Below, in pieces: positions 10,501 to 25,700 of a stretch of 64,000 nt of DNA. The notes beneath the pieces are model-generated. The model did no database searches and was not told the DNA's origin. It worked only from the letters and a program-made list of their open reading frames with translations. This DNA is from Paragordius varius (lineage: Eukaryota; Animalia; Nematomorpha). Positions within the stretch are counted from its first letter, which is position 1. The number at the start of each line of letters is the position of its first letter. The translations under genes were made by a program, and so were the position numbers. The stretch is from contig OZ176058.1 in assembly GCA_964247055.1 (NCBI GenBank), positions 4,154,001 through 4,218,000 of the forward strand, read 5' to 3'.

Positions 10501-13500
10501 TCAAATAATTTTTACAACAATAAAAATATGTTGCCCAATAGCTTTTTAGTGTTTCCAACAATGAAACATATATTTTTAACAATCAAATAATTTTTCAAAC
10601 AATCAAAATATGTTGCCCAATAGCTTTTTAGTGTTTCCAACAATCAAACATATATTTTCAACAATCAAATAATTATTCAAACAATCAAAATATGTTCCCC
10701 AATAGCTTTTTAGTATTTAACAATCAAACATATATTTTCAACAATCAAATAATTTTTCCAACAATCAAATTATGTTGTCTTTTAACTTTTTAGTGTTTCC
10801 AACAATCAATCATATATTTTCAACAAAATTGATGCCCAATAGCTTTTTAGTGTTTCTAATTTCCAACAATCAAAATTTGATTTCTTTTAACTTTTTAGTG
10901 TTTCCAACAATCAAACATATATTTTCAACAATCAAATAATTTTTCCAACAATCAAAATATGTTTTCGTTTAACTTTTTAGTGTTTCCAACAATCAAACAT
11001 ATATTTTCAACAATCAAATAATTTTTACAACAATCAAAATATGTTGCCCAATAGCTTTTTAGTGTTTCCAACAATGAAACATATATTTTCAACAATCAAA
11101 TAATTTTTCAAACAATCAAAATATGTTGTCTTTTAACTTTTTATTGTTTCCAACAATCAATCATATATTTTCAACAATCAAATAATTTCCAACAAAATAT
11201 GATGCACAATAGCTTTTTAGTGTTTCTAATTTCCAACAATCAAAATTTGATTTCTTTTAACTTTTTAGTGTTTCCAACAATCAAACATATATTTTCAACA
11301 ATCAAATAATTTTCCCAACAATCAAAATATGTTTTCTATTAACTTTTTAGTGTTTCCAACAATCAAACATATATTTTCAACAATCAAATAATTTCCAACA
11401 AAATATGATGCCCAATAGCTTTTTAGTGTTTCTAATTTCCAACAATCAAAATTTGATTTCTTTTAACTTTTTAGTGTTTCCAACAATCAAACATATATTT
11501 TCAACAATCAAATAATTTTTCCAACAATCAAAATATGTTTTCTTTTAACTTTTTAGTGTTTCCAACAATCAAACATATATTTTCAAAAATCAAATAATTT
11601 TTTTAACAATCAAATAATTTTTTTAACAATCAAAATATGTTGCCCAATAGCTGTTTAGTATTTCCAACAATCAAATAATTTTTCCAACAATCAAAATATG
11701 TTTTCTTTTAACTTTTTAGTGTTTCCAACAATCAAACATATATTTTCAACAATCAAATAATTTTTCCAACAATCAAAATATGTTGCCCAATAGCTTTTTA
11801 GTATTTCCAACAATCAAAAATATATTTTCAACAATCAAATAATTTTTCCAACAATCAAAATATGTTTTCGTTTAACTTTTTAGTGTTTCCAACAATCAAA
11901 CATATATTTTCAACAATCAAATAATTTTTACAACAATCAAAATATGTTTCCCAATAGCTTTTTAGTGTTTCCAACAATGAAACATATATTTTCACAAATA
12001 ATTTTTCAAACAATCAAAATATGTTGTCTTTTAACTTTTTAGTGTTTCCAACAATCAAACATATATTTTCAACAATCAAATAATTTCCAACAAAATATGA
12101 TGCACAATAGCTTTTTAGTGTTTCTAATTTCCAACAATCAAAATTTGATTTCTTTTAACTTTTTAGTGTTTCCAACAATCAATCATATATTTTCAACAAT
12201 CAAATAATTTCCAACAAAATATGATGCACAATAGCTTTTTAGTGTTTCTAATTTCCAACAATCAAAATTTGATTTCTTTTAACTTTTTAGTGTTTCCAAC
12301 AATCAAACATATATTTTCAACAATCAAATAATTTTTCCAACAATCTTATTATGTTGTCTTTTAACTTTTTAGTGTTTCCAACAATCAAACATATATTTTC
12401 AAGAATATAATTTTTCCAACAATCAAAATATGTTGCCCAATAGCTTTTTAGTATTTTCAACAATCAAACATATATTTTCAACAATCAAATAATTTTTCCA
12501 ACAATCAAAATATGTTTTCTTTTAACTTTTTAGTGTTTCCAACAAGCAAACATATATTTTCAACAATCTAATAAATTTTTTAACAATCAAAATATGTTGC
12601 TCAATAGCTTTTTGGTATTTCCAACAATCAAATAATTTTTCCAACAATCAAAATATGTTGTCTTTTAACTTTTTAGTGTTTCCAACAATCAAACATATAT
12701 TTTCACCAATCAAATAATTTTTCCAACAATCAAAATTTGTTGCCCAATAGCTTTTTAGTATTTCGAACAATCAAACATATATTTTTAACCATCAAATATT
12801 TTTTCCAACAATCAAAATATGTTTTCTTTTAACTTTTTAGTGTTTTCAACAATCAAACATATATTTTCAACAATCAAATAATTTTTTTAACAATCAAAAT
12901 ATGTTGCCCAATAGCTTTTTAGTATTTCCAACAATCAAACATATATTTTCAACAATCAAATAATTTTTCCAACAATCAAAATATGTTGTCTTTTAACTAT
13001 TTAGTGTTTCCAACAATCAAACATATATTTTCAACAATCAAATAATTTTAACAATCAAAATATGTTTTCTTTTAACTTCTTAGTGTTTCCAACAATCAAT
13101 CATATATTTTTAACAATCAAATAATTTTTTTAACAATTAAAATATGTTGACCAATAGCTTTTTAGTATTTCCAAAATCAAATAATTTTTCCAACAATCAA
13201 AATATGTTTTCTTTTAACTTTTTAGTGTTTCCAACAATCAAACATATATTTTCAACAATCAAATAATTTTCCAACAATAAATATGTTGCCCAATAGTTTT
13301 TCAGTGTTTCCAACAATTAAATAATTTTTTCAACAATCAAATTATGTCGTCTTTTATCTTTTTAGTGTTTCCAACAATCAGACATATATTTTCAACAATC
13401 AAATAATTTTTACAACAATCAAAATATCTTGCCCAACAGCTTTTTAGTCTTTCCAACAATCAAACATATATTTTTACAATCAAATAATTTTTCCAACAAT

Positions 13501-16500
13501 CAAAATATGTTTTCTTTTAACTTTTTAGTGTTTCCAACAATGAAACATATATTTTCAACAATCAAATAATTTTTCAAATAATCAAAATATGTTGCCCAAT
13601 AGCTTTTTAGTGTTTCCAACAGTCAAACATATATTTTCAACAATCAAATAATTTTTCCAACAATCAAAATATGTTGCCCAATAGCTTTTTAGTATTTGCA
13701 ACAATCAAACATATATTTTCAACAATCAAATAATTTTTCCAACAATCAAAATATGTTGTCTTTTAACTATTTAGTGTTTCCAACAATCAAACATATATTT
13801 TCAACAATCAAATAATTTTAACAATCAAAATATGTTTTCTTTTAACATTTTAGTGTTTCCAACAATGAAACATATATTTTCAACAATCAAATAATTTTTC
13901 AAACAATCAAAATATGTTGCCCAATAGCTTTTTAGTGTTTCCAACAATCAAACATATATTTTCAACAATCAAATAATTTTTCAAACAATCAAAATATGTT
14001 CCCCAATAGCTTTTTAGTATTTCCAACAATCAAACATATATTTTGAACAATCAAATAATTTTTCCAACAATCAAATTATGTTGTCTTTTAACTTTTTAGT
14101 GTTTCCAAAAATCAATCATATATTATCAACAATCAAATAATTTCCAACAAAATATGATGCCCAATAGCTTTTTAGTGTTTCTAATTTCCAACAATCAAAA
14201 TTTGATTTCTTTTAACTTTTTAGTGTTTCCAACAATCAAACATATATTTTCAACAATCAAATAATTTTCCCAACAATCAAAATATGTTTTCTATTAACTT
14301 TTTAGTGTTTCCAACAATCAAACATATATTTTCAACAATCAAATAATTTCCAACAAAATATGATGCCCAATAGCTTTTTAGTGTTTCTAATTTCCAACAA
14401 TCAAAATTTGATTTCTTTTAACTTTTTAGTGTTTCCAACAATCAAACATATATTTTCAACAATCAAATAATTTTTCCAACAATCAAAATATGTTTTCTTT
14501 TAACTTTTTAGTGTTTCCAACAATCAAACATATATTTTCAACAATCAAATAATTTTTTTAACAATCAAATAATTTTTTTAACAATCAAAATATGTTGCCC
14601 AATAGCTGTTTAGTATTTCCAACAATCAAATAATTTTTCCAACAATCAAAATATGTTTTCTTTTAACTTTTTAGTGTTTCCAACAATCAAACATATATTT
14701 TCAACAATCAAATAATTTTTCCAACAATCAAAATATGTTGCCCAATAGCTTTTTAGTATTTCCAACAATCAAAAATATATTTTCAACAATCAAATAATTT
14801 TTCCAACAATCAAAATATGTTTTCGTTTAACTTTTTAGTGTTTCCAACAATCAAACATATATTTTCAACAATCAAATAATTTTTACAACAATCAAAATAT
14901 GTTTCCCAATAGCTTTTTAGTGTTTCCAACAATGAAACATATATTTTCAACAATCAAATAATTTTTCAAACAATCAAAATATGTTCCCCAATAGCTTTTT
15001 AGTATTTCCAACAATCAAACATATATTTTGAACAATCAAATAATTTTTCCAACAATCAAATTATGTTGTCTTTTAACTTTTTAGTGTTTCCAACAATCAA
15101 TCATATATTTTCAACAATCAAATAATTTCCAACAAAATATGATGCACAATAGCTTTTTAGTGTTTCTAATTTCCAACAATCAAAATTTGATTTCTTTTAA
15201 CTTTTTAGTGTTTCCAACAATCAAACATATATTTTCAACAATCAAATAATTTTTCCAACAATCTTATTATGTTGTCTTTTAACTTTTTAGTGTTTCCAAC
15301 AATCAAACATATATTTTCAAGAATATAATTTTTCCAACAATCAAAATATGTTGCCCAATAGCTTTTTAGTATTTTCAACAATCAAACATATATTTTCAAC
15401 AATCAAATAATTTTTCCAACAATCAAAATATGTTTTCTTTTAACTTTTTAGTGTTTCCAACAAGCAAACATATATTTTCAACAATCTAATAAATTTTTTA
15501 ACAATCAAAATATGTTGCTCAATAGCTTTTTGGTATTTCCAACAATCAAATAATTTTTCCAACAATCAAAATATGTTGTCTTTTAACTTTTTAGTGTTTC
15601 CAACAATCAAACATATATTTTCACCAATCAAATAATTTTTCCAACAATCAAAATTTGTTGCCCAATAGCTTTTTAGTATTTCGAACAATCAAACATATAT
15701 TTTCAACAATCAAATATTTTTTCCAACAATCAAAATATGTTTTCTTTTAACTTTTTAGTGTTTTCAACAATCAAACATATATTTTCAACAATCAAATAAT
15801 TTTTTTAACAATCAAAATATGTTGCCCAATAGCTTTTTAGTATTTCCAACAATCAAACATATATTTTCAACAATCAAATAATTTTTCCAACAATCAAAAT
15901 ATGTTGTCTTTTAACTATTTAGTGTTTCCAACAATCAAACATATATTTTCAACAATCAAATAATTTTAACAATCAAAATATGTTTTCTTTTAACTTCTTA
16001 GTGTTTCCAACAATCAATCATATATTTTTAACAATCAAATAATTTTTTTAACAATTAAAATATGTTGACCAATAGCTTTTTAGTATTTCCAAAATCAAAT
16101 AATTTTTCCAACAATCAAAATATGTTTTCTTTTAACTTTTTAGTGTTTCCAACAATCAAACATATATTTTCAACAATCAAATAATTTTCCAACAATAAAT
16201 ATGTTGCCCAATAGTTTTTCAGTGTTTCCAACAATTAAATAATTTTTTCAACAATCAAATTATGTCGTCTTTTATCTTTTTAGTGTTTCCAACAATCAGA
16301 CATATATTTTCAACAATCAAATAATTTTTACAACAATCAAAATATCTTGCCCAACAGCTTTTTAGTCTTTCCAACAATCAAACATATATTTTTAACAATC
16401 AAATAATTTTTCCAACAATCAAAATATGTTTTCTTTTAACTTTTTAGTGTTTCCAACAATGAAACATATATTTTCAACAATCAAATAATTTTAACAATCA

Positions 16501-19500
16501 AAATATGTTTTCTTTTAACTTCTTAGTGTTTCCAACAATCAATCATATATTTTTAACAATCAAATAATTTTTTTAACAATTAAAATATGTTGACCAATAG
16601 CTTTTTAGTATTTCCAAAATCAAATAATTTTTCCAACAATCAAAATATGTTTTCTTTTAACTTTTTAGTGTTTCCAACAATCAAACATATATTTTCAACA
16701 ATCAAATAATTTTCCAACAATAAATATGTTGCCCAATAGTTTTTCAGTGTTTCCAACAATTAAATAATTTTTTCAACAATCAAATTATGTCGTCTTTTAT
16801 CTTTTTAGTGTTTCCAACAATCAGACATATATTTTCAACAATCAAATAATTTTTACAACAATCAAAATATCTTGCCCAACAGCTTTTTAGTCTTTCCAAC
16901 AATCAAACATATATTTTTAACAATCAAATAATTTTTCCAACAATCAAAATATGTTTTCTTTTAACTTTTTAGTGTTTCCAACAATGAAACATATATTTTC
17001 AACAATCAAATAATTTTTCAAATAATCAAAATATGTTGCCCAATAGCTTTTTAGTGTTTCCAACAGTCAAACATATATTTTCAACAATCAAATAATTTTT
17101 CCAACAATCAAAATATGTTGCCCAATAGCTTTTTAGTATTTGCAACAATCAAACATATATTTTCAACAATCAAATAATTTTTCCAACAATCAAAATATGT
17201 TGTCCTTTAACTATTTAGTGTTTCCAACAATCAAACATATATTTTCAACAATCAAATAATTTTAACAATCAAAATATGTTTTCTTTTAACATTTTAGTGT
17301 TTCCAACAATGAAACATATATTTTCAACAATCAAATAATTTTTCAAACAATCAAAATATGTTGCCCAATAGCTTTTTAGTGTTTCCAACAATCAAACATA
17401 TATTTTCAACAATCAAATAATTTTTCAAACAATCAAAATATGTTCCCCAATAGCTTTTTAGTATTTCCAACAATCAAACATATATTTTGAACAATCAAAT
17501 AATTTTTCCAACAATCAAATTATGTTGTCTTTTAACTTTTTAGTGTTTCCAAAAATCAATCATATATTATCAACAATCAAATAATTTCCAACAAAATATG
17601 ATGCCCAATAGCTTTTTAGTGTTTCTAATTTCCAACAATCAAAATTTGATTTCTTTTAACTTTTTAGTGTTTCCAACAATCAAACATATATTTTCAACAA
17701 TCAAATAATTTTCCCAACAATCAAAATATGTTTTCTATTAACTTTTTAGTGTTTCCAACAATCAAACATATATTTTCAACAATCAAATAATTTCCAACAA
17801 AATATGATGCCCAATAGCTTTTTAGTGTTTCTAATTTCCAACAATCAAAATTTGATTTCTTTTAACTTTTTAGTGTTTCCAACAATCAAACATATATTTT
17901 CAACAATCAAATAATTTTTCCAACAATCAAAATATGTTTTCTTTTAACTTTTTAGTGTTTCCCACAATCAAACATATATTTTCAACAATCAAATAATTTT
18001 TTTAACAATCAAATAATTTTTTTAACAATCAAAATATGTTGCCCAATAGCTGTTTAGTATTTCCAACAATCAAATAATTTTTCCAACAATCAAAATATGT
18101 TTTCTTTTAACTTTTTAGTGTTTCCAACAATCAAACATATATTTTCAACAATCAAATAATTTTTCCAACAATCAAAATATGTTGCCCAATAGCTTTTTAG
18201 TATTTCCAACAATCAAAAATATATTTTCAACAATCAAATAATTTTTCCAACAATCAAAATATGTTTTCGTTTAACTTTTTAGTGTTTCCAACAATCAAAC
18301 ATATATTTTCAACAATCAAATAATTTTTACAACAATCAAAATATGTTTCCCAATAGCTTTTTAGTGTTTCCAACAATGAAACATATATTTTCAACAATCA
18401 AATAATTTTTCAAACAATCAAAATATGTTCCCCAATAGCTTTTTAGTATTTCCAACAATCAAACATATATTTTGAACAATCAAATAATTTTTCCAACAAT
18501 CAAATTATGTTGTCTTTTAACTTTTTAGTGTTTGCAACAATGAATCATATATTTTCAACAATCAAATAATTTCCAACAAAATATGATGCACAATAGCTTT
18601 TTAGTGTTTCTAATTTCCAACAATCAAAATTTGATTTCTTTTAACTTTTTAGTGTTTCCAACAATCAAACATATATTTTCAACAATCAAATAATTTTTCC
18701 AACAATCTTATTATGTTGTCTTTTAACTTTTTAGTGTTTCCAACAATCAAACATATATTTTCAAGAATATAATTTTTCCAACAATCAAAATATGTTGCCC
18801 AATAGCTTTTTAGTATTTTCAACAATCAAACATATATTTTCAACAATCAAATAATTTTTCCAACAATCAAAATATGTTTTCTTTTAACTTTTTAGTGTTT
18901 CCAACAAGCAAACATATATTTTCAACAATCTAATAAATTTTTTAACAATCAAAATATGTTGCTCAATAGCTTTTTGGTATTTCCAACAATCAAATAATTT
19001 TTCCAACAATCAAAATATGTTTTCTTTTAACTTTTTAGTGTTTCCAACAATGAAACATATATTTTCAACAATCAAATAATTTTTCAAATAATCAAAATAT
19101 GTTGCCCAATAGCTTTTTAGTGTTTCCAACAATCAAACATATATTTTCAACAATCAAATAATTTTTCAAACAATCAAAATATGTTGCCCAATAGCTTTTT
19201 AGTATTTGCAACAATCAAACATATATTTTCAACAATCAAATAATTTTTCCAACAATCAAAATATGTTGTCTTTTAACTATTTAGTGTTTCCAACAATCAA
19301 ACATATATTTTCAACAATCAAATAATTTTAACAATCAAAATATGTTTTCTTTTAACATTTTAGTGTTTCCAACAATGAAACATATATTTTCAACAATCAA
19401 ATAATTTTTCAAACAATCAAAATATGTTGCCCAATAGCTTTTTAGTGTTTCCAACAATCAAACATATATTTTCAACAATCAAATAATTTTTCAAACAATC

Positions 19501-19730
19501 AAAATATGTTCCCCAATAGCTTTTTAGTATTTCCAACAATCAAACATATATTTTGAACAATCAAATAATTTTTCCAACAATCAAATTATGTTGTCTTTTA
19601 ACTTTTTAGTGTTTCCAAAAATCAATCATATATTATCAACAATCAAATAATTTCCAACAAAATATGATGCCCAATAGCTTTTTAGTGTTTCTAATTTCCA
19701 ACAATCAAAATTTGATTTCTTTTGACTTTT
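7600..19730. repeat. Higher-order repeat (HOR) domain of about four related units with periods ~2.55-3.44 kb
   Basis: The G of AACAAGCAAA is at 9867, 12546, 15464 and 18908 (steps 2679, 2918, 3444). The G of TTTCGAAC is at 10086, 12765 and 15683. The second G of GCTGTTTAG is at 11653, 14608 and 18052. GTATTTAACAATC is at 8151/10717 (step 2566). Confidence 0.88.
15937..17015. repeat. Local tandem duplication, period 525 bp, nested in the HOR domain
   Basis: The C of TGTCGTC is at 16266/16791, the C of AACTTCTTAG at 15997/16522, and TAATTTTAAC at 15961/16486. Confidence 0.9.
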
Positions 19731-19735
19731 TAGTG

Positions 19736-22700
19736 TTTCCAACAATCAAACATATATTTTCAACAATCAAATAATTTTTCCAACAATCAAATTATGTTGT
19801 CTTTTAACTTTTTAGTGTTTCCAACAATTAAACATATATTTTCAACAGTCAAATAATTTTTCCAACAATCAAAATATGTTGCCCAATAGCTTTTTAGTAT
19901 TTCCAACAATCAAACATATATTTTCAACAATCAAAAAATTTTTCCAACAATCAATATATGTTTTCTTTTAACTTTTTAGTGTTTCCAACAATCAAACATA
20001 TATTTTCAACAATATAATTTTTTAACAATCAAAATATGTTGCCCATAAGCTTTTTAGTATTTCCAACAATCAAATAATTTTTCCAACAATCAAAATATGT
20101 TTTCTTTTAACTTTTTAGTGTTTCCAACAATCAAACATATATTTTCAACAATCAAATAATTTTTCCAACAATCAAAATATGTTGCCCAATAGCTTTTTAG
20201 TATTTCCAACAATCAAACATATATTTTCAACAATCAAATAATTTTTCCAACAATCAAAATATGTTTTCTTTTAACTTTTTAGTGTTTCCAACAATCAAAC
20301 ATATATTTTCAACAATCAAATAATTTATTTAACAATCAAAATATGTTGCCCAATAGCTTTTTAGTATTTCCAACAATCAAATAATTTTTCCAACAAACAA
20401 TTTATGTTGTCTTTTAACTTTTCAGTGTTTCCAACAATCAAACATATATTTTCAACAATCAAATAATTTTCCAACAATAAATATGTTGCCCAATAGTTTT
20501 TTAGTGTTTCCAACAATTAAATAATTTTTTCAACAATCAAATTATGTTGTCTTTTACCTTTTTAGTGTTTCCAACAATCAAACATATATTTTCAACAATC
20601 AAATAATTTTTCCAACAATCAAAATATGTTGCCCAATAGCTTTTTAGTATTTCCAACAATCAAACATATATTTTCAAAAATCAAATAATTTTTTCAACAA
20701 TCAAAATATGTTTTCTTTAAACTTTTTAGTGTTTCCAACAATTAAACATATATTTTCAACAATCAAATAATTTTTACAATAATCAAAATATGTTGCCCAA
20801 TAGTTTTTTAGTGTTTCCAACAATCAAACATATTTTTTCAACAATCAAATATTTTTTCCAACAGTCAAAATATGTTGCCCAATAGCTTTTTAGTATTTCC
20901 AACAATCAAACATATATTTTCAACAATCAAATAATTTTTCCAACAATCAAAATATGTTTTCTTTTAACTTTTTAGTGTTTCCATCAATGAAACATATATT
21001 TTCAACAATCAAATAATTTTTCAAATAATCAAAATATGTTGCCCAATAGCTTTTTAGTGTTTCCAACAATCAAACATATATTTTCAACAATCAAATAATT
21101 TTTCAAACAATCAAAATATGTTGCCCAATAGCTTTTTAGTATTTGCAACAATCAAACATATATTTTCAACAATCAAATAATTTTTCCAACAATCAAAATA
21201 TGTTGTCTTTTAACTATTTAGTGTTTCCAACAATCAAACATATATTTTCAACAATCAAATAATTTTAACAATCAAAATATGTTTTCTTTTAACATTTTAG
21301 TGTTTCCAACAATGAAACATATATTTTCAACAATCAAATAATTTTTCAAACAATCAAAATATGTTGCCCAATAGCTTTTTAGTGTTTCCAACAATCAAAC
21401 ATATATTTTCAACAATCAAATAATTTATAAAACAATCAAAATATGTTCCCCAATAGCTTTTTAGTATTTCCAACAATCAAACATATATTTTGAACAATCA
21501 AATAATTTTTCCAACAATCAAATTATGTTGTCTTTTAACTTTTTAGTGTTTCCAAAAATCAATCATATATTATCAACAATCAAATAATTTCCAACAAAAT
21601 ATGATGCCCAATAGCTTTTTAGTGTTTCTAATTTCCAACAATCAAAATTTGATTTCTTTTAACTTTTTAGTGTTTCCAACAATCAAATATATATTTTCAA
21701 CAATCAAATAATTTTTCCAACAATCAAATTATGTTGTCTTTTAACTTTTTAGTGTTTCCAACAATTAAACATATATTTTCAACAGTCAAATAATTTTTCC
21801 AACAATCAAAATATGTTGCCCAATAGCTTTTTAGTATTTCCAACAATCAAACATATATTTTCAACAATCAAAAAATTTTTCCAACAATCAATATATGTTT
21901 TCTTTTAACTTTTTAGTGTTTCCAACAATCAAACATATATTTTCAACAATATAATTTTTTAACAATCAAAATATGTTGCCCATTAGCTTTTTAGTATTTC
22001 CAACAATCAAATAATTTTTCCAACAATCAAAATATGTTTTCTTTTAACTTTTTAGTGTTTCCAACAATCAAACATATATTTTCAACAATCAAATAATTTT
22101 TCCAACAATCAAAATATGTTGCCCAATAGCTTTTTAGTATTTCCAACAATCAAACATATATTTTCAACAATCAAATAATTTTTCCAACAATCAAAATATG
22201 TTTTCTTTTAACTTTTTAGTGTTTCCAACAATCAAACATATATTTTCAACAATCAAATAATTTATTTAACAATCAATATATGTTGCCCAATAGCTTTTTA
22301 GTATTTCCAACAATCAAATAATTTTTCCAACAAACAAATTATGTTGTCTTTTAACTTTTCAGTGTTTCCAACAATCAAACATATATTTTCAACAATCAAA
22401 TAATTTTCCAACAATAAATATGTTGCCCAATAGTTTTTTAGTGTTTCCAACAATTAAATAATTTTTTCAACAATCAAATTATGTTGTCTTTTACCTTTTT
22501 AGTGTTTCCAACAATCAAACATATATTTTCAACAATCAAATAATTTTTCCAACAATCAAAATATGTTGCGCAATAGCTTTTTAGTATTTCCAACAATCAA
22601 ACATATATTTTCAAAAATCAAATAATTTTTTCAACAATCAAAATATGTTTTCTTTAAACTTTTTAGTGTTTCCAACAATTAAACATATATTTTCAACAAT

Positions 22701-25700
22701 CAAATAATTTTTACAATAATCAAAATATGTTGCCCAATAGTTTTTTAGTGTTTCCAACAATCAAACATATTTTTTCAACAATCAAATATTTTTTCCAACA
22801 GTCAAAATATGTTGCCCAATAGCTTTTTAGTATTTCCAACAATCAAACATATATTTTCAACAATCAAATAATTTTTCCAACAGTCAAAATATGTTGCCCA
22901 ATAGCTTTTTAGTATTTCCAACAATCAAACATATATTTTCAAAAATCAAATAATTTTTTCAACAATCAAAATATGTTTTCTTTAAACTTTTTAGTGTTTC
23001 CAACAATTAAACATATATTTTCAACAATCAAATAATTTTTACAATAATCAAAATATGTTGCCCAATAGCTTTTTAGTATTTCCAACAATCAAACATATAT
23101 TTTCAAAAATCAAATAATTTTTTCAACAATCAAAATATGTTTTCTTTAAACTTTTTAGTGTTTCCAACAATTAAACATATATTTTCAACAATCAAATAAT
23201 TTTTACAATAATCAAAATATGTTGCCCAATAGCTTTTTAGTATTTCCAACAATCAAACATATATTTTCAACAATCAAATATTTTTTCCAACAGTCAAAAT
23301 ATGTTGCCCAATAGCTTTTTAGTATTTCCAACAATCAAACATATATTTTCAACAATCAAATAATTTTTCCAACAGTCAAAATATGTTGCCCACAGGCTTT
23401 TTAGTATTTCCAACAATCAAACATATATTTTCAACAATCAAATAATTTTTCCAACAATCAAATTATGTTGTCTTTTAACTTTTTAGTGTTTCCAACAATT
23501 AAACATATATTTTCAACAGTCAAATAATTTTTCCAACAATCAAAATATGTTGCCCAATAGCTTTTTAGTATTTCCAACAATCAAACATATATTTTCAACA
23601 ATCAAAAAATTTTTCCAACAATCAATATATGTTTTCTTTTAACTTTTTAGTGTTTCCAACAATCAAACATATATTTTCAACAATATAATTTTTTAACAAT
23701 CAAAATATGTTGCCCATAAGCTTTTTAGTATTTCCAACAATCAAATAATTTTTCCAACAATCAAAATATGTTTTCTTTTAACTTTTTAGTGTTTCCAACA
23801 ATCAAACATATATTTTCAACAATCAAATAATTTTTCCAACAATCAAAATATGTTGCCCAATAGCTTTTTAGTATTTCCAACAATCAAACATATATTTTCA
23901 ACAATCAAATAATTTTTCCAACAATCAAAATATGTTTTCTTTTAACTTTTTAGTGTTTCCAACAATCAAACATATATTTTCAACAATCAAATAATTTATT
24001 TAACAATCAAAATATGTTGCCCAATAGCTTTTTAGTATTTCCAACAATCAAATAATTTTTCCAACAAACAAATTATGTTGTCTTTTAACTTTTCAGTGTT
24101 TCCAACAATCAAACATATATTTTCAACAATCAAATAATTTTCCAACAATAAATATGTTGCCCAATAGTTTTTTAGTGTTTCCAACAATTAAATAATTTTT
24201 TCAACAATCAAATTATGTTGTCTTTTACCTTTTTAGTGTTTCCAACAATCAAACATATATTTTCAACAATCAAATAATTTTTCCAACAATCAAAATATGT
24301 TGCCCAATAGCTTTTTAGTATTTCCAACAATCAAACATATATTTTCAAAAATCAAATAATTTTTTCAACAATCAAAATATGTTTTCTTTAAACTTTTTAG
24401 TGTTTCCAACAATTAAACATATATTTTCAACAATCAAATAATTTTTACAATAATCAAAATATGTTGCCCAATAGTTTTTTAGTGTTTCCAACAATCAAAC
24501 ATATTTTTTCAACAATCAAATATTTTTTCCAACAGTCAAAATATGTTGCCCAATAGCTTTTTAGTATTTCCAACAATCAAACATATATTTTCAACAATCA
24601 AATAATTTTTCCAACAATCAAAATATGTTTTCTTTTAACTTTTTAGTGTTTCCATCAATGAAACATATATTTTCAACAATCAAATAATTTTTCAAATAAT
24701 CAAAATATGTTGCCCAATAGCTTTTTAGTGTTTCCAACAATCAAACATATATTTTCAACAATCAAATAATTTTTCAAACAATCAAAATATGTTGCCCAAT
24801 AGCTTTTTAGTATTTGCAACAATCAAACATATATTTTCAACAATCAAATAATTTTTCCAACAATCAAAATATGTTGTCTTTTAACTATTTAGTGTTTCCA
24901 ACAATCAAACATATATTTTCAACAATCAAATAATTTTAACAATCAAAATATGTTTTCTTTTAACATTTTAGTGTTTCCAACAATGAAACATATATTTTCA
25001 ACAATCAAATAATTTTTCAAACAATCAAAATATGTTGCCCAATAGCTTTTTAGTGTTTCCAACAATCAAACATATATTTTCAACAATCAAATAATTTTTC
25101 AAACAATCAAAATATGTTCCCCAATAGCTTTTTAGTATTTCCAACAATCAAACATATATTTTGAACAATCAAATAATTTTTCCAACAATCAAATTATGTT
25201 GTCTTTTAACTTTTTAGTGTTTCCAAAAATCAATCATATATTATCAACAATCAAATAATTTCCAACAAAATATGATGCCCAATAGCTTTTTAGTGTTTCT
25301 AATTTCCAACAATCAAAATTTGATTTCTTTTAACTTTTTAGTGTTTCCAACAATCAAATATATATTTTCAACAATCAAATAATTTTTCCAACAATCAAAT
25401 TATGTTGTCTTTTAACTTTTTAGTGTTTCCAACAATTAAACATATATTTTCAACAGTCAAATAATTTTTCCAACAATCAAAATATGTTGCCCAATAGCTT
25501 TTTAGTATTTCCAACAATCAAACATATATTTTCAACAATCAAAAAATTTTTCCAACAATCAATATATGTTTTCTTTTAACTTTTTAGTGTTTCCAACAAT
25601 CAAACATATATTTTCAACAATATAATTTTTTAACAATCAAAATATGTTGCCCATTAGCTTTTTAGTATTTCCAACAATCAAATAATTTTTCCAACAATCA

